DNA of 49,393 bases, taken from Octopus bimaculoides. Taxonomy: Eukaryota. The stretch spans positions 43,256,822 to 43,306,214 of the forward strand of contig NC_068999.1 in assembly GCF_001194135.2 (NCBI RefSeq), in the 5' to 3' direction. Of this stretch, positions 22,736-35,750 are shown one piece after another; the first letter of the stretch is position 1, and each line of letters begins with the position of its first letter. Under the pieces are notes generated by a model. It searched no databases. It was not told the DNA's origin and saw nothing but the letters and a program-made list of their open reading frames with translations. A program made the position numbers and the translations under genes.

Positions 22736-23347
22736 TGTACATCCCACACACCTACATAACCACACGGACAGCCAATTCAATCGTAACCCTTCTTTCTTTC
22801 TTTCTTTCTGTCTTTCTCTCTCATACGTTGCATGTGGTCGATTGCAAGAGGATATGAAATGAAGAAAACACTTTTCCTTTTTGTTTTTTTCTCTTATTTT
22901 TCTTTCTCAGTCATCATAAGCTTTTATTGTCGCTGTTCTCCGCCTCTTATCCCCTTGCTTCCTTTCTTTTTCATCATAGCACTCACTCATTCATTTTCCA
23001 CGCAGTCTTTTTCTTCTTCTCCGTCTCTCTTTTTTCTTTCTCTCTCTCCTTTTTCTTCTCTGTCATCGGACTTCTACACACGAAAGGAAATATATTTTAT
23101 ATGTAATTTTAAACTACTATTTTAAAGGAAAAAAAAAAAAGAAAGACTAATAATAATAATAATAAACCAAAAAGAGATCCAACTCTATACACAACTGGGG
23201 TATTTATTTTTTTACATTATGAAAATGCCGTAAGTAATTAATCCTCTTTTAATTACAAAATTAATTAAATTTACCAGTCTCCCAGGTGGTTTCATGTCTT
23301 AATTTATGACTGTTGTTTGTTTATTCCGCCCACCCCTACCATCACAA

Positions 23348-23530
23348 GCACTGATTAACCAAATGGACAGATGTTTAGCGACCAAAAGCATTCCAAGCGT
23401 GACCAATCCGTCTGTTTCCAGACAAAAATTTATACAGGACTTGCAACATTACAATATCTTAAATGTGTCCTGTTCTTCTAAAACAGTATGATGTGATTTG
23501 AGGGGTAATTGGCTGCACTTTCTATTGTCG
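23348..23530 (-). mobile_element. Repeat-D copy
   Basis: aaagcattccaagcgtgacca...atgtgtcc...gtgatttgaggggtaattggctgc; reverse complement of the 4121/5441 motifs. Confidence 0.6.
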
Positions 23531-23697
23531 ATACTAGGCGTACCACTTTAATTTGTCTCTTAGTTAAAATAAATACATTTATTTGGAATTATTAACACGT
23601 TTTTTTTTACAATAGTCCTGTCTCCAAATGTCTCTTCCATTACATTTTCTTTCTAAGGTTTTGTTAAATATTGTTTCTTTTAATTCTTCGTTTATGG

Positions 23698-23833
23698 CAT
23701 TCGTGGACAATCTCTCTCCTTCCGAATGGCACGGCTAAACGAAAAAAATTACCTTAACTATCGTAGTGCGACCCGCTAGGTAATGAATCATGTCTCATGC
23801 GGCCCGATTCTCAAAAAAGATTGTCCATGCTTG
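23698..23833 (-). mobile_element. Old hAT-type MITE, same family as 13185-13334
   Basis: TIRs CATTCGTGGACAATCT and (reverse complement) CAAGCATGGACAATCT match at 13/16; the reverse-complement interior cgggccgcat...ttcatta...aaggtaattttt aligns with the 13185 copy. Confidence 0.6.
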
Positions 23834-23907
23834 ATATTTAGATATTATATTTGTTTCTTTCCATTTATATTTCAACTTCGCTATCTATCTATCTATCTGT
23901 CTATCTG

Positions 23908-23939
<32 letters not shown>

Positions 23940-25478
23940 AACTTTATCAACCTGTAATCAATTACATATGTCCATAGCATAATTCACACGTTATATTACC
24001 CAATATCTAAACCCAGGCACATTACACCCAAGCGGGAGCGAAGGACATAGCTGCGTGGTTTCGAGTTCATTCCTACTGTACACCTACTTGGGTACGTCTT
24101 CTACTAAAACCTGAACGCCGACCAGTACCTTTGAGTGAATCTGGTAAGCAAAAACTGTATGGATGCTCGTCGCATATATATAAATGGTATTTCTGTGTGG
24201 TTAGATGTACAGAGGCATTCTGTTGTTAATTTTTACTAAACACTGTTCATTATAGGAGTTTACGATATAAGGGGGAGTCTTTACTTTTGCAGTCCTAAAT
24301 TGAAATTGCTGGGTGTTCACCTTAGGAAGATCAATTAACGAAGGTGAAAGTCTTAAATGAAAAGAGAAAAAAAAAAAAGAAAAACTAAGATAATTACACA
24401 AATTAATAAAAAGGGAAACTCCAACTATTAGGGAAATAACCTACAAAAAAATAATAAATAAACGCATCTGTAAACACACACACACACACACACACTTTTA
24501 CAAGAAGAATGGTGATTGTGACTGCTAACTTTCGGACTTCATCGGACTGGCCGAAATTTCGAAGTCCCTGTCAACACATTTATTGTAAAACAATAAATAA
24601 TAAAAAAATAAGCATTGAATATTCCATCCGTTTAATCTCAAATTGACTTTATAATAAAACTTGCCATATATATATATATATATATATACACAACAAATTA
24701 AAAGGGTAAAGGATTATCAATTTATTTTTTTAGCTGCTATTTCTGAACTTCGGCATATGGTGAAGCAAATATTTGCTGATCCCTTAATTATATTTATNNN
24801 NNNNNNNNNNNNNNNNNNNNNNNNNNNNNNNNNNNNNNNNNNNNNNNNNNNNNNNNNNNNNNNNNNNNNNNNNNNNNNNNNNNNNNNNNNNNNNNNNNNN
24901 NNNNNNNNNNNNNNNNNNNNNNNNNNNTATATATATATATATATATTATTGTGTCTGGGGAGAGTCATTCTTTTAGTACCTTATCACTTGACACACACAC
25001 CGATTCGATTTCCACTCATTTACTTATTTATTTTTTTCTAAAATTTTCTTTGCGTCTTGCAACCTCTTCAGTAGTCCTTGATTATACACACACACACACA
25101 CACACATACATATACATACATACATACATATATATATTATGTGATACATCCAACAGATTTAATGGATCAGGTAGGACGTAACGTGGAGTATATCTAATAT
25201 GAAATACCACTCACAAATATATCATGCTATTTTTTGAAGTTTAAAATATGATAATTCCCTATGCTGGATTTCGGATTCTTCATTTTAAGCCATTCCAAAT
25301 TTCAAGACTAACATGAATGCTAACAAAATATGCAGCTCGTGTGTCTGTGTGCGCGCGCCATAAAAATGCATGTTCTGTTTCGTACCACCAACTATATATA
25401 CACATGTATATATAGTCTATGAGTGTATAATTTTTGTGGATCATTTATATAAAGAAATATTTATGTACTAAGGTATAT

Positions 25479-25515
<37 letters not shown>

Positions 25516-25884
25516 TAGACTTGTATTTTAATTATAAACTAATGGGTAAAAAAGATATGATGCATTCGTTGTGTGTATGCAAAGAATTCGCCAGATGTGT
25601 GGGTTCCTTAATTCTTGGGCTGTTTGTGTGTGTGTGTTTTAGGTATGTGGATTAACGTGGCCAAATACAATACACAACGGTTAGATCCAAAATAATAAAA
25701 CTTATTTATTGAAGTGTGTGGTATATACCTGTAACTAAAGTAGGGTTGCCTACGTTCGTGAGTGGACGTACATACATGTGAGTGTGTATAACATATACAA
25801 TTATATATATATATATATATATATATACGTACGTGTAATAGGTGTAGTTAGACATCCGCGTGTGTGTGTGCCCGCGCGCATGTG

Positions 25885-25931
<47 letters not shown>

Positions 25932-26434
25932 GTCTGTTTGTCGCGTGTGTGAGAAAAGGCGAATGTTTACAATCTGAATAAAGTTTTATTTATATCTATA
26001 TATTTTCCTTTTAACCGTTTCTAATGTTTTTTTTTTCACATGTTCGATCACCTATAATCTATCTATAATGTACACACACACACNNNNNNNNNNNNNNNNN
26101 NNNNNNNNNNNNNNNNNNNNNNNNNNNNNNNNNNNNNNNNNNNNNNNNNNNNNNNNNNNNNNNNNNNNNNNNNNNNNNNNNNNNNNNNNNNNNNNNNNNN
26201 NNNNNNNNNNNNNNNNNNNNNNNNNNNNNNNNNNNNNNNNNNNNNNNNNNNNNNNNNNNNNNNNNNNNNNNNNNNNNNNNNNNNNNNNNNNNNNNNNNNN
26301 NNNNNNNNNNNNNNNNNNNNNNNNNNNNNNNNNNNNNNNNNNNNNNNNNNNNNNNNNNNNNNNNNNNNNNNNNNNNNNNNNNNNNNNNNNNNNNNNNNNN
26401 NNNNNNNNNNNNNNNNNNNNNNNNNNNNNNNNNN

Positions 26435-26500
<66 letters not shown>

Positions 26501-26854
26501 TAAAACAGATCGATTACCTTTTGGTGTCCTAGTGAATATGTTCTAAGACTTGCTTCATCTTCACCTTTTTGTATTTTGAATTAATTTATATGTATGTATC
26601 TATGTATGCATGAATGTATGTATGCATATATGTATGCATGCGTGTGTGTGTGTGTGTTACCTTGAAAGCCGTTTTGATATTTACAATGTGTAAATATAAA
26701 ATAAAGTGGTAACTAATTAAAGTTTCTAACAAATAGATTTTAAAAATTCGTAGCGGTACTTTAAAAATTTTTTCTAATCTGAAAGAAATAATAATAATAC
26801 AAACACTTGACTATTTAAGAAATAATATATTAACTAGTTTTAAAGAAACTTACA

Positions 26855-26855
<1 letters not shown>

Positions 26856-26915
<60 letters not shown>
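26856..26915. repeat. (ATT)n microsatellite, about 20 units
   Basis: Directly visible. Confidence 0.95.
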
Positions 26916-27284
26916 GTTACTACTACTATTGTACTCTGTTCATTAAATATAATAAGACTAGTATCAGTTGAAATAACTGTGATATAACTATACTTATATA
27001 TACAGAGCACCTTGGGCAAGTGGATTAACCGAAGTCTTGCGAGTGGATATGATACACAGAAACTGAAAGAAGCCCAATGTATAGACATGTGTGTGTGTGT
27101 GTGTGTGTGTGCGTGTTTATATCGAACAGTGAGAATGTGTGCTTGACACCGCATTTGTGGGTAAATGTGCTTTATTCGTGGGTCACCCCACCAATGATTT
27201 CATGCGGAGAGAGAGAGGGAGATCGCGCAACAATTATTCAAGTCTGACAAACAGAACGTAGGTGTTCGTCTACACACACCCCCA

Positions 27285-27287
<3 letters not shown>

Positions 27288-27319
<32 letters not shown>

Positions 27320-27324
27320 CATAC

Positions 27325-27398
<74 letters not shown>
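27288..27398. repeat. (AT)n followed by (AG)n microsatellite
   Basis: Directly visible. Confidence 0.95.
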
Positions 27399-27402
<4 letters not shown>

Positions 27403-27527
27403 CCTACATTAATTTAGAAATGTAAAAGGTAATAAACTTTGCGCTGTTATCATCATCATCATCATCATCACTAAGAAGATGAAGAGACAACAGAACTGAT
27501 TACAATAATTTACTAGAATCGCAATTA

Positions 27528-28815
27528 GATCTCGATGGGATTTGAACTCAGAACTTAAAAAGCCGGAACAATTTTTTTTTTTTCATCTTGAGCTCTCGGA
27601 TTCGTAAAGCCGGTTTTGCCCGGTTTTCCGTGGCCTGTAAATTATTGAGGTCACAAATATTCTACCTGGTCCTTTGCTGGATTCAAAGCCAGTAGTTTTG
27701 AAGGGAAAGAACAGGTCGAATATATTGACCTCGGTACTTGTATAGTACTTTATTTTATCAATCCTTGAAGGGAATATCAGGCAGAGTTGGCTTCGGTGGA
27801 ATTTGAACTCAGGGACGTAAAGAGCCGGAAGCAACGCCGCTAAGCATTTTGTCCGACGCTCTCTCATGTTGCTAAAACGGGATTATTTTTCTTACCGGAG
27901 TGTTAATATACAGTCTTTTAAATCGATATCTCTCAGAGGGGAGACATATAATCGATTATATCGATCCTGATGATTAAGAGCAAGACGGTGAGCTGGTAGA
28001 ATCGTTAGCTCTTCGGACGAAATGCTTAGCGGCGCTTCTTCCGGATTTTACGTTGTGAGTTCGAACCCTTTTGATTTTTTTCATCTCTTCAAGGTCGATA
28101 AGATAACGTAACAGTTAAGTAATGGGAGCGATTCTTCTCTCCCTTCAAAAAAAAAAAAAAGATCGCTGACGGACCGGCACCCCTGTTCAGGATAGTTTGG
28201 TGTGATCTTGGTCACTTATACGCTATAGAAACTACGTAACTGGTCTTATGAGTCCTAGGGCCCGAGGTAAAAAAAAAAAAGGTAATTAAGATTAACAGGA
28301 GAGATGCTGAAAAAAAAAAAGATTAATCCTGGCGTGATTTGAACTCTGAAATACAGCGAAGCAATTTAATGTATCTCGGAGTCTGTGATAGTGATTTTAC
28401 ATTTAGATACAAAGTAGCAGGTTTGAAGTCGATGCCTTAGTCAAGAACCATCGTCCCTCGTACTTATTACTGTGTCCTTTTATCGACTCCGGAAATATGA
28501 AAGACGAAGTTGATCTCGAGATTTGAACTCAGAACGTAAAGAGCTGGAACACGTACCACTAACCATTTCGTACGTCTCTCTAACGATTCTGTTGATCCAT
28601 CGCCCGTGGAGTCGTTTCCAAAAACAGACAGATTCACATGTACAAATAATAATTGCCTCCAATTTTGGTGCAGGACAAACAGAATTACGGGGTGGGGTGG
28701 AGTGGGAGCGCTGAATCAATACACTTGAATCCGGTACTTAACTGGTACTTTATTTTAAGGACCTACCAAAGATTGCAAGACCAAATCGACCTTGGGAGAG
28801 TTTGAAACCAAACTG
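27528..28815. mobile_element. Cluster of 5-6 old SINE-B fragments (mostly minus strand; plus-strand copy at about 27987-28150)
   Basis: Recurrent ttttatc(a/g)a..cc...atttgaactc motifs at about 27540, 27800, 28340, 28520 and 28800; ggtgagctggtagaatcgttagc at 27987. Confidence 0.65.
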
Positions 28816-29146
28816 TTAAAAACAGAGCACAAATACCCCATACAGGAGGTATTTGTAAGGTGAAAGGAATGTTTGGAGTGGTAGTGTTACGGTGGGGGAG
28901 GGAGAGGAAGTAGGTTTATGTAGTATATTTGAATGGACCCCTACTAATTTTGTAGCCCCCGTCAAATAATAAAAAAAACTAACAAGCAGGTGAAACTTAA
29001 AGCGTATCGCCTGACTTGCTACAAAATAACAGCAGTCGAACTTTAACCTCAAATGACATTCTGTCGTCTGAAACGAGGAAGTGTTCATTGGATAATGTAA
29101 TAAGTCTAAAGACAATGAAAGAGGGTAGGGTCGCGATTCAGAACAC

Positions 29147-29552
29147 CTCTACTCTTTTACTTGTTTCAGTCATTTGACTGCGGCCATGCTGGAGCACCGT
29201 CTTTTAGTCGAGCAAATCGACCCCCAGGACTTATTCTTTGTAAGCCTAGTACTTATTCTATCGGTCTCTTTTTGCCGAACCGCGCTAAGTTACGGGGACG
29301 TAAACACACCAGCATCGATTGTCAAGCGATATTGAGGGGGGGGGGGGACAAACACAGACACACGCGTACACATATATACATATATATATGCATATATACG
29401 ACGGGCTTCTTTCAGTTTCCGTCTACCAAATCCACTGACAAGGCTTTGGTCGGCCCGAGGCTATAGTAGAAGACACTTGCCCCAAGATGCCACGCAGTGG
29501 GACTGAACCCGAGACCATGTGGTTGGTAAGCAAGCTACTTACCACACAGCCA
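29147..29552 (-). mobile_element. SINE-A, full length, young
   Basis: Reverse complement nearly identical to the 22331 and 31137 copies. Confidence 0.92.
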
Positions 29553-30141
29553 AAAAGTTTGGTTTCCCTGGACCTTAAATTAAACATCTACCAATCAAGC
29601 AAATATCGCTTTTACTAAAAAATTGTGACCAGGCTCTGTTAGAAGACATAGTCTGGTCGGATAAATCGATTGTGGATTTAATGATAGTTGTTTTAAGTTT
29701 CTCAATTCAGCCCTTAACGAGCTGACCTGTGATAGGAATTGAAGCTATGGCCATCTCCCATTTTCAATTTAAATATATCCAATGCCCGTCCCTCTTTCTT
29801 GTTTATAAGACAGCAGGGTGTGATTTGAGATTTAGCTGCTATATCTAAAAAAAAATCTTGCGACTATATAAAGGGTTACCCCCCTCGTTGATTGTAGTCG
29901 TTGAAGTAGGCTGGCCAAGAGTACCGAAGTACCCCCAATATTGAACCAAACAATACATTTACATATTCTTTTTCCTTCTTTCATATATGTTTTGTAAATT
30001 TTTTCTTTGGTCGCCTTTTTTTTTTTCTTCTTACCTGGCGAACTAGTTTTTGTCCCACTCTCTCTCTCTCTCACTACCACTCATTACACTCTTTGCTACC
30101 ACCATTCATCATTCTCGCTTTCTACCACCACCGTGATTCAT

Positions 30142-30186
<45 letters not shown>

Positions 30187-31136
30187 NNNNNNNNNNNNNN
30201 NNNNNNNNNNNNNNNNNNNNNNNNNNNNNNNNNNNNNNNNNNNNNNNNNNNNNNNNNNNNNNNNNNNNNNNNNNNNNNNNNNNNNNNNNNNNNNNNNNNN
30301 NNNNNNNNNNNNNNNNNNNNNNNNNNNNNNNNNNNNNNNNNNNNNNNNNNNNNNNNNNNNNNNNNNNNNNNNNNNNNNNNNNNNNNNNNNNNNNNNNNNN
30401 NNNNNNNNNNNNNNNNNNNNNNNNNNNNNNNNNNNNNNNNNNNNNNNNNNNNNNNNNNNNNNNNNNNNNNNNNNNNNNNNNNNNNNNNNNNNNNNNNNNN
30501 NNNNNNNNNNNNNNNNNNNNNNNNNNNNNNNNNNNNNNNNNNNNNNNNNNNNNNNNNNNNNNTATATATATATATATATATATCCCTCCTTATCACTTCA
30601 ACTTCTCTCTCAAGCCAACGTGCGAGGCTACGTGGTTACTTAGCCTGCTAGAAAGAGCAGCCGAATCACCTTATATCTATCACACATACCTCACAGCTTA
30701 ATAATTTTTTTTTTTAACATAGGGAAGTCCACATGGATTAAAAAGAAAACAACAACAAAAAGACCCAGTTGATCACAGCCCGTGTGTATTTTTGATTATA
30801 GGTTTTGCTTGAGCGCTATTGACCCGGGGCTGAACAACAACTCATATATTGATCATGACGTGTCTGTAATTTTATTCTTTTCTTTTCGTGGCCTTAAAAC
30901 AATTTTAAGATGGTGTCCGTTCGTTCTTTTCAAATATTTCTCCTCTCTCTCTCTCTCTCCTCTCTCTTCCTAGCTCCGTCTCTACACCGCTCCGCCTGTG
31001 TGTATATAAAAACGCTTTAGTATATAGTTTTCACCAGTTCATATATCTTATATAGTTTCATTTACATACAAGAAAGAAGAGACAAAACGAATTCCCCGCA
31101 AGAAGTTCTTATATGTAGAGATTGCATATAATATCT

Positions 31137-31477
31137 AAGCTTGCTTACCAACCGCATGATTCCGGGTTCATTCCCACTGCGTGGCATCTTGGGCAAGTGC
31201 CTTCTACTATAGCCTCGGGCCGACCAAAGCCTTGTGAGTGGATTTGGTAGACGGAAACTGAAAGAAGCCTGTCGTATATATGTATATATATATATGTATG
31301 TGTGTGTATATGTTTGTGTGTCTGTGTTTGTCCCCCCAACATCACTTGACAACCGATGGTGGTGTGTTTACGTCCCCGTAACTTAGCGCGGTTCGGCAAA
31401 AAGAGACCGATAGAATAAGTACTAGGCTTACAAAGAATAAGTCCTGGGGTCGATTTGCTCGACTAAAGGCGGTGCTC
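31137..31477 (+). mobile_element. SINE-A, 5'-truncated, running into a gap
   Basis: gcttgcttaccaaccgcatg...ttgggcaagtg...gaataagtcctggggtcgatttgctcgactaaaggcggtgctc. Confidence 0.9.
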
Positions 31478-32049
31478 NNNNNNNNNNNNNNNNNNNNNNN
31501 NNNNNNNNNNNNNNNNNNNNNNNNNNNNNNNNNNNNNNNNNNNNNNNNNNNNNNNNNNNNNNNNNNNNNNNNNNNNNNNNNNNNNNNNNNNNNNNNNNNN
31601 NNNNNNNNNNNNNNNNNNNNNNNNNNNNNNNNNNNNNNNNNNNNNNNNNNNNNNNNNNNNNNNNNNNNNNNNNNNNNNNNNNNNNNNNNNNNNNNNNNNN
31701 NNNNNNNNNNNNNNNNNNNNNNNNNNNNNNNNNNNNNNNNNNNNNNNNNNNNNNNNNNNNNNNNNNNNNNNNNNNNNNNNNNNNNNNNNNNNNNNNNNNN
31801 NNNNNNNNNNNNNNNNNNNNNNNNNNNNNNNNNNNNNNNNNNNNNNNNNNNNNNNNNNNNNNNNNNNNNNNNNNNNNNNNNNNNNNNNNNNNNNNNNNNN
31901 NNNNNNNNNNNNNNNNNNNNNNNNNNNNNNNNNNNNNNNNNNNNNNNNNNNNNNNNNNNNNNNNNNNNNNNNNNNNNNNNNNNNNTTTTTTGTACATTTC
32001 CCAGGTCCGGTTCCCAAAACTAAAACTTAATTATTATTACAGCATTTAT

Positions 32050-32180
32050 TTTTAACAATTTCATATTCCCTATACTCCCCACCCCTCCCTCCACCTCCAA
32101 TTCTCCCCCTTTAACCTTCTCCTCCTCCTCCACCTCTCTCTAATTCTCTCACTATTTCTTCTCCCTTTTTTCCCCTTCTC

Positions 32181-32213
<33 letters not shown>

Positions 32214-33188
32214 CTCTCTTTCTTTCTCTCTCTCTCTCTCAATTATATTTCTTTCCGCTGTTTTCTTCTTCTCTACCTCGTCCCAACACCATTACCACGA
32301 TCAATCATTACGTTTGTTGCTGGCATTATTATTCTTGTCGTTGTGGTTGCTGTTGTTGTACCCTTTCTATAATAATATACAGCATTCTTGTAATACACCT
32401 TTACACCTGGTTGATCAGGCAAAAACGAACAAAAAAACCCTGAATAACTGGCTTTAGTTGTTCCTCCTTTCCTCTCCCCTCTCTCTCTCTCTTTATTTCC
32501 CCCTCCCTCTCACTCGCTATACATGTCACTTTACTCCCCTTCTCTCTTCCTCTCGCTGTCTATCTCCCCCCCTCTTATTATTCATGTCTCCTTTCTATCG
32601 CTCTACCTATCACTTCCTCCCCTTCCTTTTGTCGTTTTTTCCCCCTCCTTTTTTCTTGCTCTACATGTCACCTTCTTCTCCCTTCTCTCTCTCTCTCTCA
32701 TTCACTAACCCTAATCTCTTCCCCTCCTCGTCCTCCTCCTCCTCCTCCGTTCTCACAGCCTACGTAACCTGTCTTTTACCTTCCTCTCTTTCTCATTATC
32801 CACTGTTTCCCCCCCCCCATTTTCTCTCCTACTTTGACACCACCACAACCACCACCGCCATCGTCGTCAAAACTATCGACCGAAGCAGAAGACAGGACTA
32901 TTTTTTTTTNNNNNNNNNNNNNNNNNNNNNNNNNNNNNNNNNNNNNNNNNNNNNNNNNNNNNNNNNNNNNNNNNNNNNNNNNNNNNNNNNNNNNNNNNNN
33001 NNNNNNNNNNNNNNNNNNNNNNNNNNNNNNNNNNNNNNNNNNNNNNNNNNNNNNNNNNNNNNNNNNNNNNNNNNNNNNNNNNNNNNNNNNNNNNNNNNNN
33101 NNNNNNNNNNNNNNNNNNNNNNNNNNNNNNNNNNNNNNNNNNNNNNNNNCAAACACCACGGTCTTATCCCACCTTCTCTAATCTCCTC

Positions 33189-33232
<44 letters not shown>

Positions 33233-35186
33233 CCCTTACTCTCTTTATCTCTGCTCACAGAGAGAAAGAGAGACAATTCTTCCTTGTCTGTCTCTACTCA
33301 CGCGAGCGCTTTCTTTTCCATTCTCGTTGGTTTCTCTCTCTTTCATTTCTTATTCTTTCTTCCGTCTCTCTCGTCCTCTCTCACAACCATTTTATCTATT
33401 TTTCTTTCTTTCACAGCCACTAATCTCTCCTTCTCGTCTTCTCCCCCAAATCTTCTTCCTTCAATTCATATTTCTCCCTGTGTCTTTCCTAATTCCGGAC
33501 CCTGTCTCTTTTCCTTTTCTCTCTATTCAATTGATATTTCGTTCGTCTCTCCTAACACTCAGCCTTTCTCTTTCACTCTTTCTTCTTCTTTCCAACTACT
33601 ATCTTTCTTTCATAAGCTCTTCTCTCCCTCTCGTCATCTCCCTTGTCTCTCAACCTTTTTATATCTCCCTTAATTTTGGACCCGTCTCTCTCTCTCACTT
33701 TCTCTCTCTTCTTCTCATAATCTCTCCTTACTTCTCCTTTCTCCTTTCTCATTCTCTCTCTTTCCCTGTTTTCCCTCTCTCTCTCTCTCTCTCTCTTTTC
33801 CTACTCCTTTCTCCTTTCTCCGTCTCCTTCTCTCTCTTTCCCTCTCTCTTTCACTGTTTTCCATCTGTCTGTCTGTCTGTCTGTCTCTCTTCTTCTTACT
33901 TTTCCTTTCTCCGTCTCATTCTCTCTCTTTCCCTGTTTCCCCCCCTGTCTCTCTGTCTCTCTTCTTCTCCATCTCCTTTCTCCGTCTCCTTCTCTCTCTT
34001 TCCCTGTCTTCCCTCTCTCTCCTCCTTCTTCTTACTCTCAAACGACAAACTTTAAAAGGTTTCTCTCCTAACCANNNNNNNNNNNNNNNNNNNNNNNNNN
34101 NNNNNNNNNNNNNNNNNNNNNNNNNNNNNNNNNNNNNNNNNNNNNNNNNNNNNNNNNNNNNNNNNNNNNNNNNNNNNNNNNNNNNNNNNNNNNNNNNNNN
34201 NNNNNNNNNNNNNNNNNNNNNNNNNNNNNNNNNNNNNNNNNNNNNNNNNNNNNNNNNNNNNNNNNNNNNNNNNNNNNNNNNNNNNNNNNNNNNNNNNNNN
34301 NNNNNNNNNNNNNNNNNNNNNNNNNNNNNNNNNNNNNNNNNNNNNNNNNNNNNNNNNNNNNNNNNNNNNNNNNNNNNNNNNNNNNNNNNNNNNNNNNNNN
34401 NNNNNNNNNNNNNNNNNNNNNNNNNNNNNNNNNNNNNNNNNNNNNNNNNNNNNNNNNNNNNNNNNNNNNNNNNNNNNNNNNNNNNNNNNNNNNNNNNNNN
34501 NNNNNNNNNNNNNNNNNNNNNNNNNNNNNNNNNNNNNNNNNNNNNNNNNNNNNNNNNNNNNNNNNNNNNNNNNNNNNNNNNNNNNNNNNNNNNNNNNNNN
34601 NNNNNNNNNNNNNNNNNNNNNNNNNNNNNNNNNNNNNNNNNNNNNNNNNNNNNNNNNNNNNNNNNNNNNNNNNNNNNNNNNNNNNNNNNNNNNNNNNNNN
34701 NNNNNNNNNNNNNNNNNNNNNNNNNNNNNNNNNNNNNNNNNNNNNNNNNNNNNNNNNNNNNNNNNNNNNNNNNNNNNNNNNNNNNNNNNNNNNNNNNNNN
34801 NNNNNNNNNNNNNNNNNNNNNNNNNNNNNNNNNNNNNNNNNNNNNNNNNNNNNNNNNNNNNNNNNNNNNNNNNNNNNNNNNNNNNNNNNNNNNNNNNNNN
34901 NNNNNNNNNNNNNNNGGAGGGGGGGCTGGCTGAAGAAGAAACCCACTTGCCATTCTTATCTCACAGCTCACACATTCTCCCTAATTCTCTCCCCGACTCT
35001 CCTTCTCACTCCCTCTCTCTATTTGCCATTCTCTTTATCTATACCCCCTCCTTGTCTCTGCCTGTGTCCCTCATTCGTTTCCTCCCTCCATCTCTCTCTC
35101 TCTCGTTCCTGTTATTTTTCTCTGCCGTTTTTCTCTCTTTCTATTTCAATTCTTCTCTATCCCCCCCTTTAATATTTCTACGTTCT

Positions 35187-35235
<49 letters not shown>

Positions 35236-35253
35236 TCCATACACTTCATCAAT

Positions 35254-35290
<37 letters not shown>

Positions 35291-35603
35291 ATTTTCTGCA
35301 TCTCTTTAGTTCTTTCTGTCTCTTTTCACATCTATTTACCGTCACTCTTTCTTTCTTTTTTAATACTTCGAACCTTCTTCTTGGGCAAGTGTCTTCCTCT
35401 TTCCATCTCCCGTCACTTTTCACCCTTTACCTTTTTTCACTCACACTCCCTACCTCGATCTTTCTCTCTTTCCATCTCCTTATATTATTCTTTATATTCT
35501 ATGTATTCATCCATTTATCCCTCTCTCAACGCATCCAGCCAGTCCCTTTCTCCCCACCAAACTCATCTCCGTCTGAGGTTGAGTTCACTCACACATGTAC
35601 GCA

Positions 35604-35637
<34 letters not shown>

Positions 35638-35750
35638 ATCTCTCTCTTTCTCTCTCTCTCTTTCTTCATAACCCCCTCATTCTCTCTTTCTCTCTTCCTA
35701 TCCAGCTCTCCCTTTCTTCCTCTCTTGCTATTCCTCATTCTGTCTTCAGA
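32050..35750. repeat. About 3.7-kb polypyrimidine (CT-rich) low-complexity domain including two gaps; internal degenerate direct repeats at about 33735-34010
   Basis: Directly visible; a cctttctccgtctc(a/c)ttctctctctttccct-like unit occurs about 4 times. Confidence 0.85.

Noticed and set aside
28689-28710. G-rich ggggtggggtggagtggg as a G-quadruplex
   Set aside because: Only three runs of 3 or more G; lies inside a decayed SINE-B fragment.
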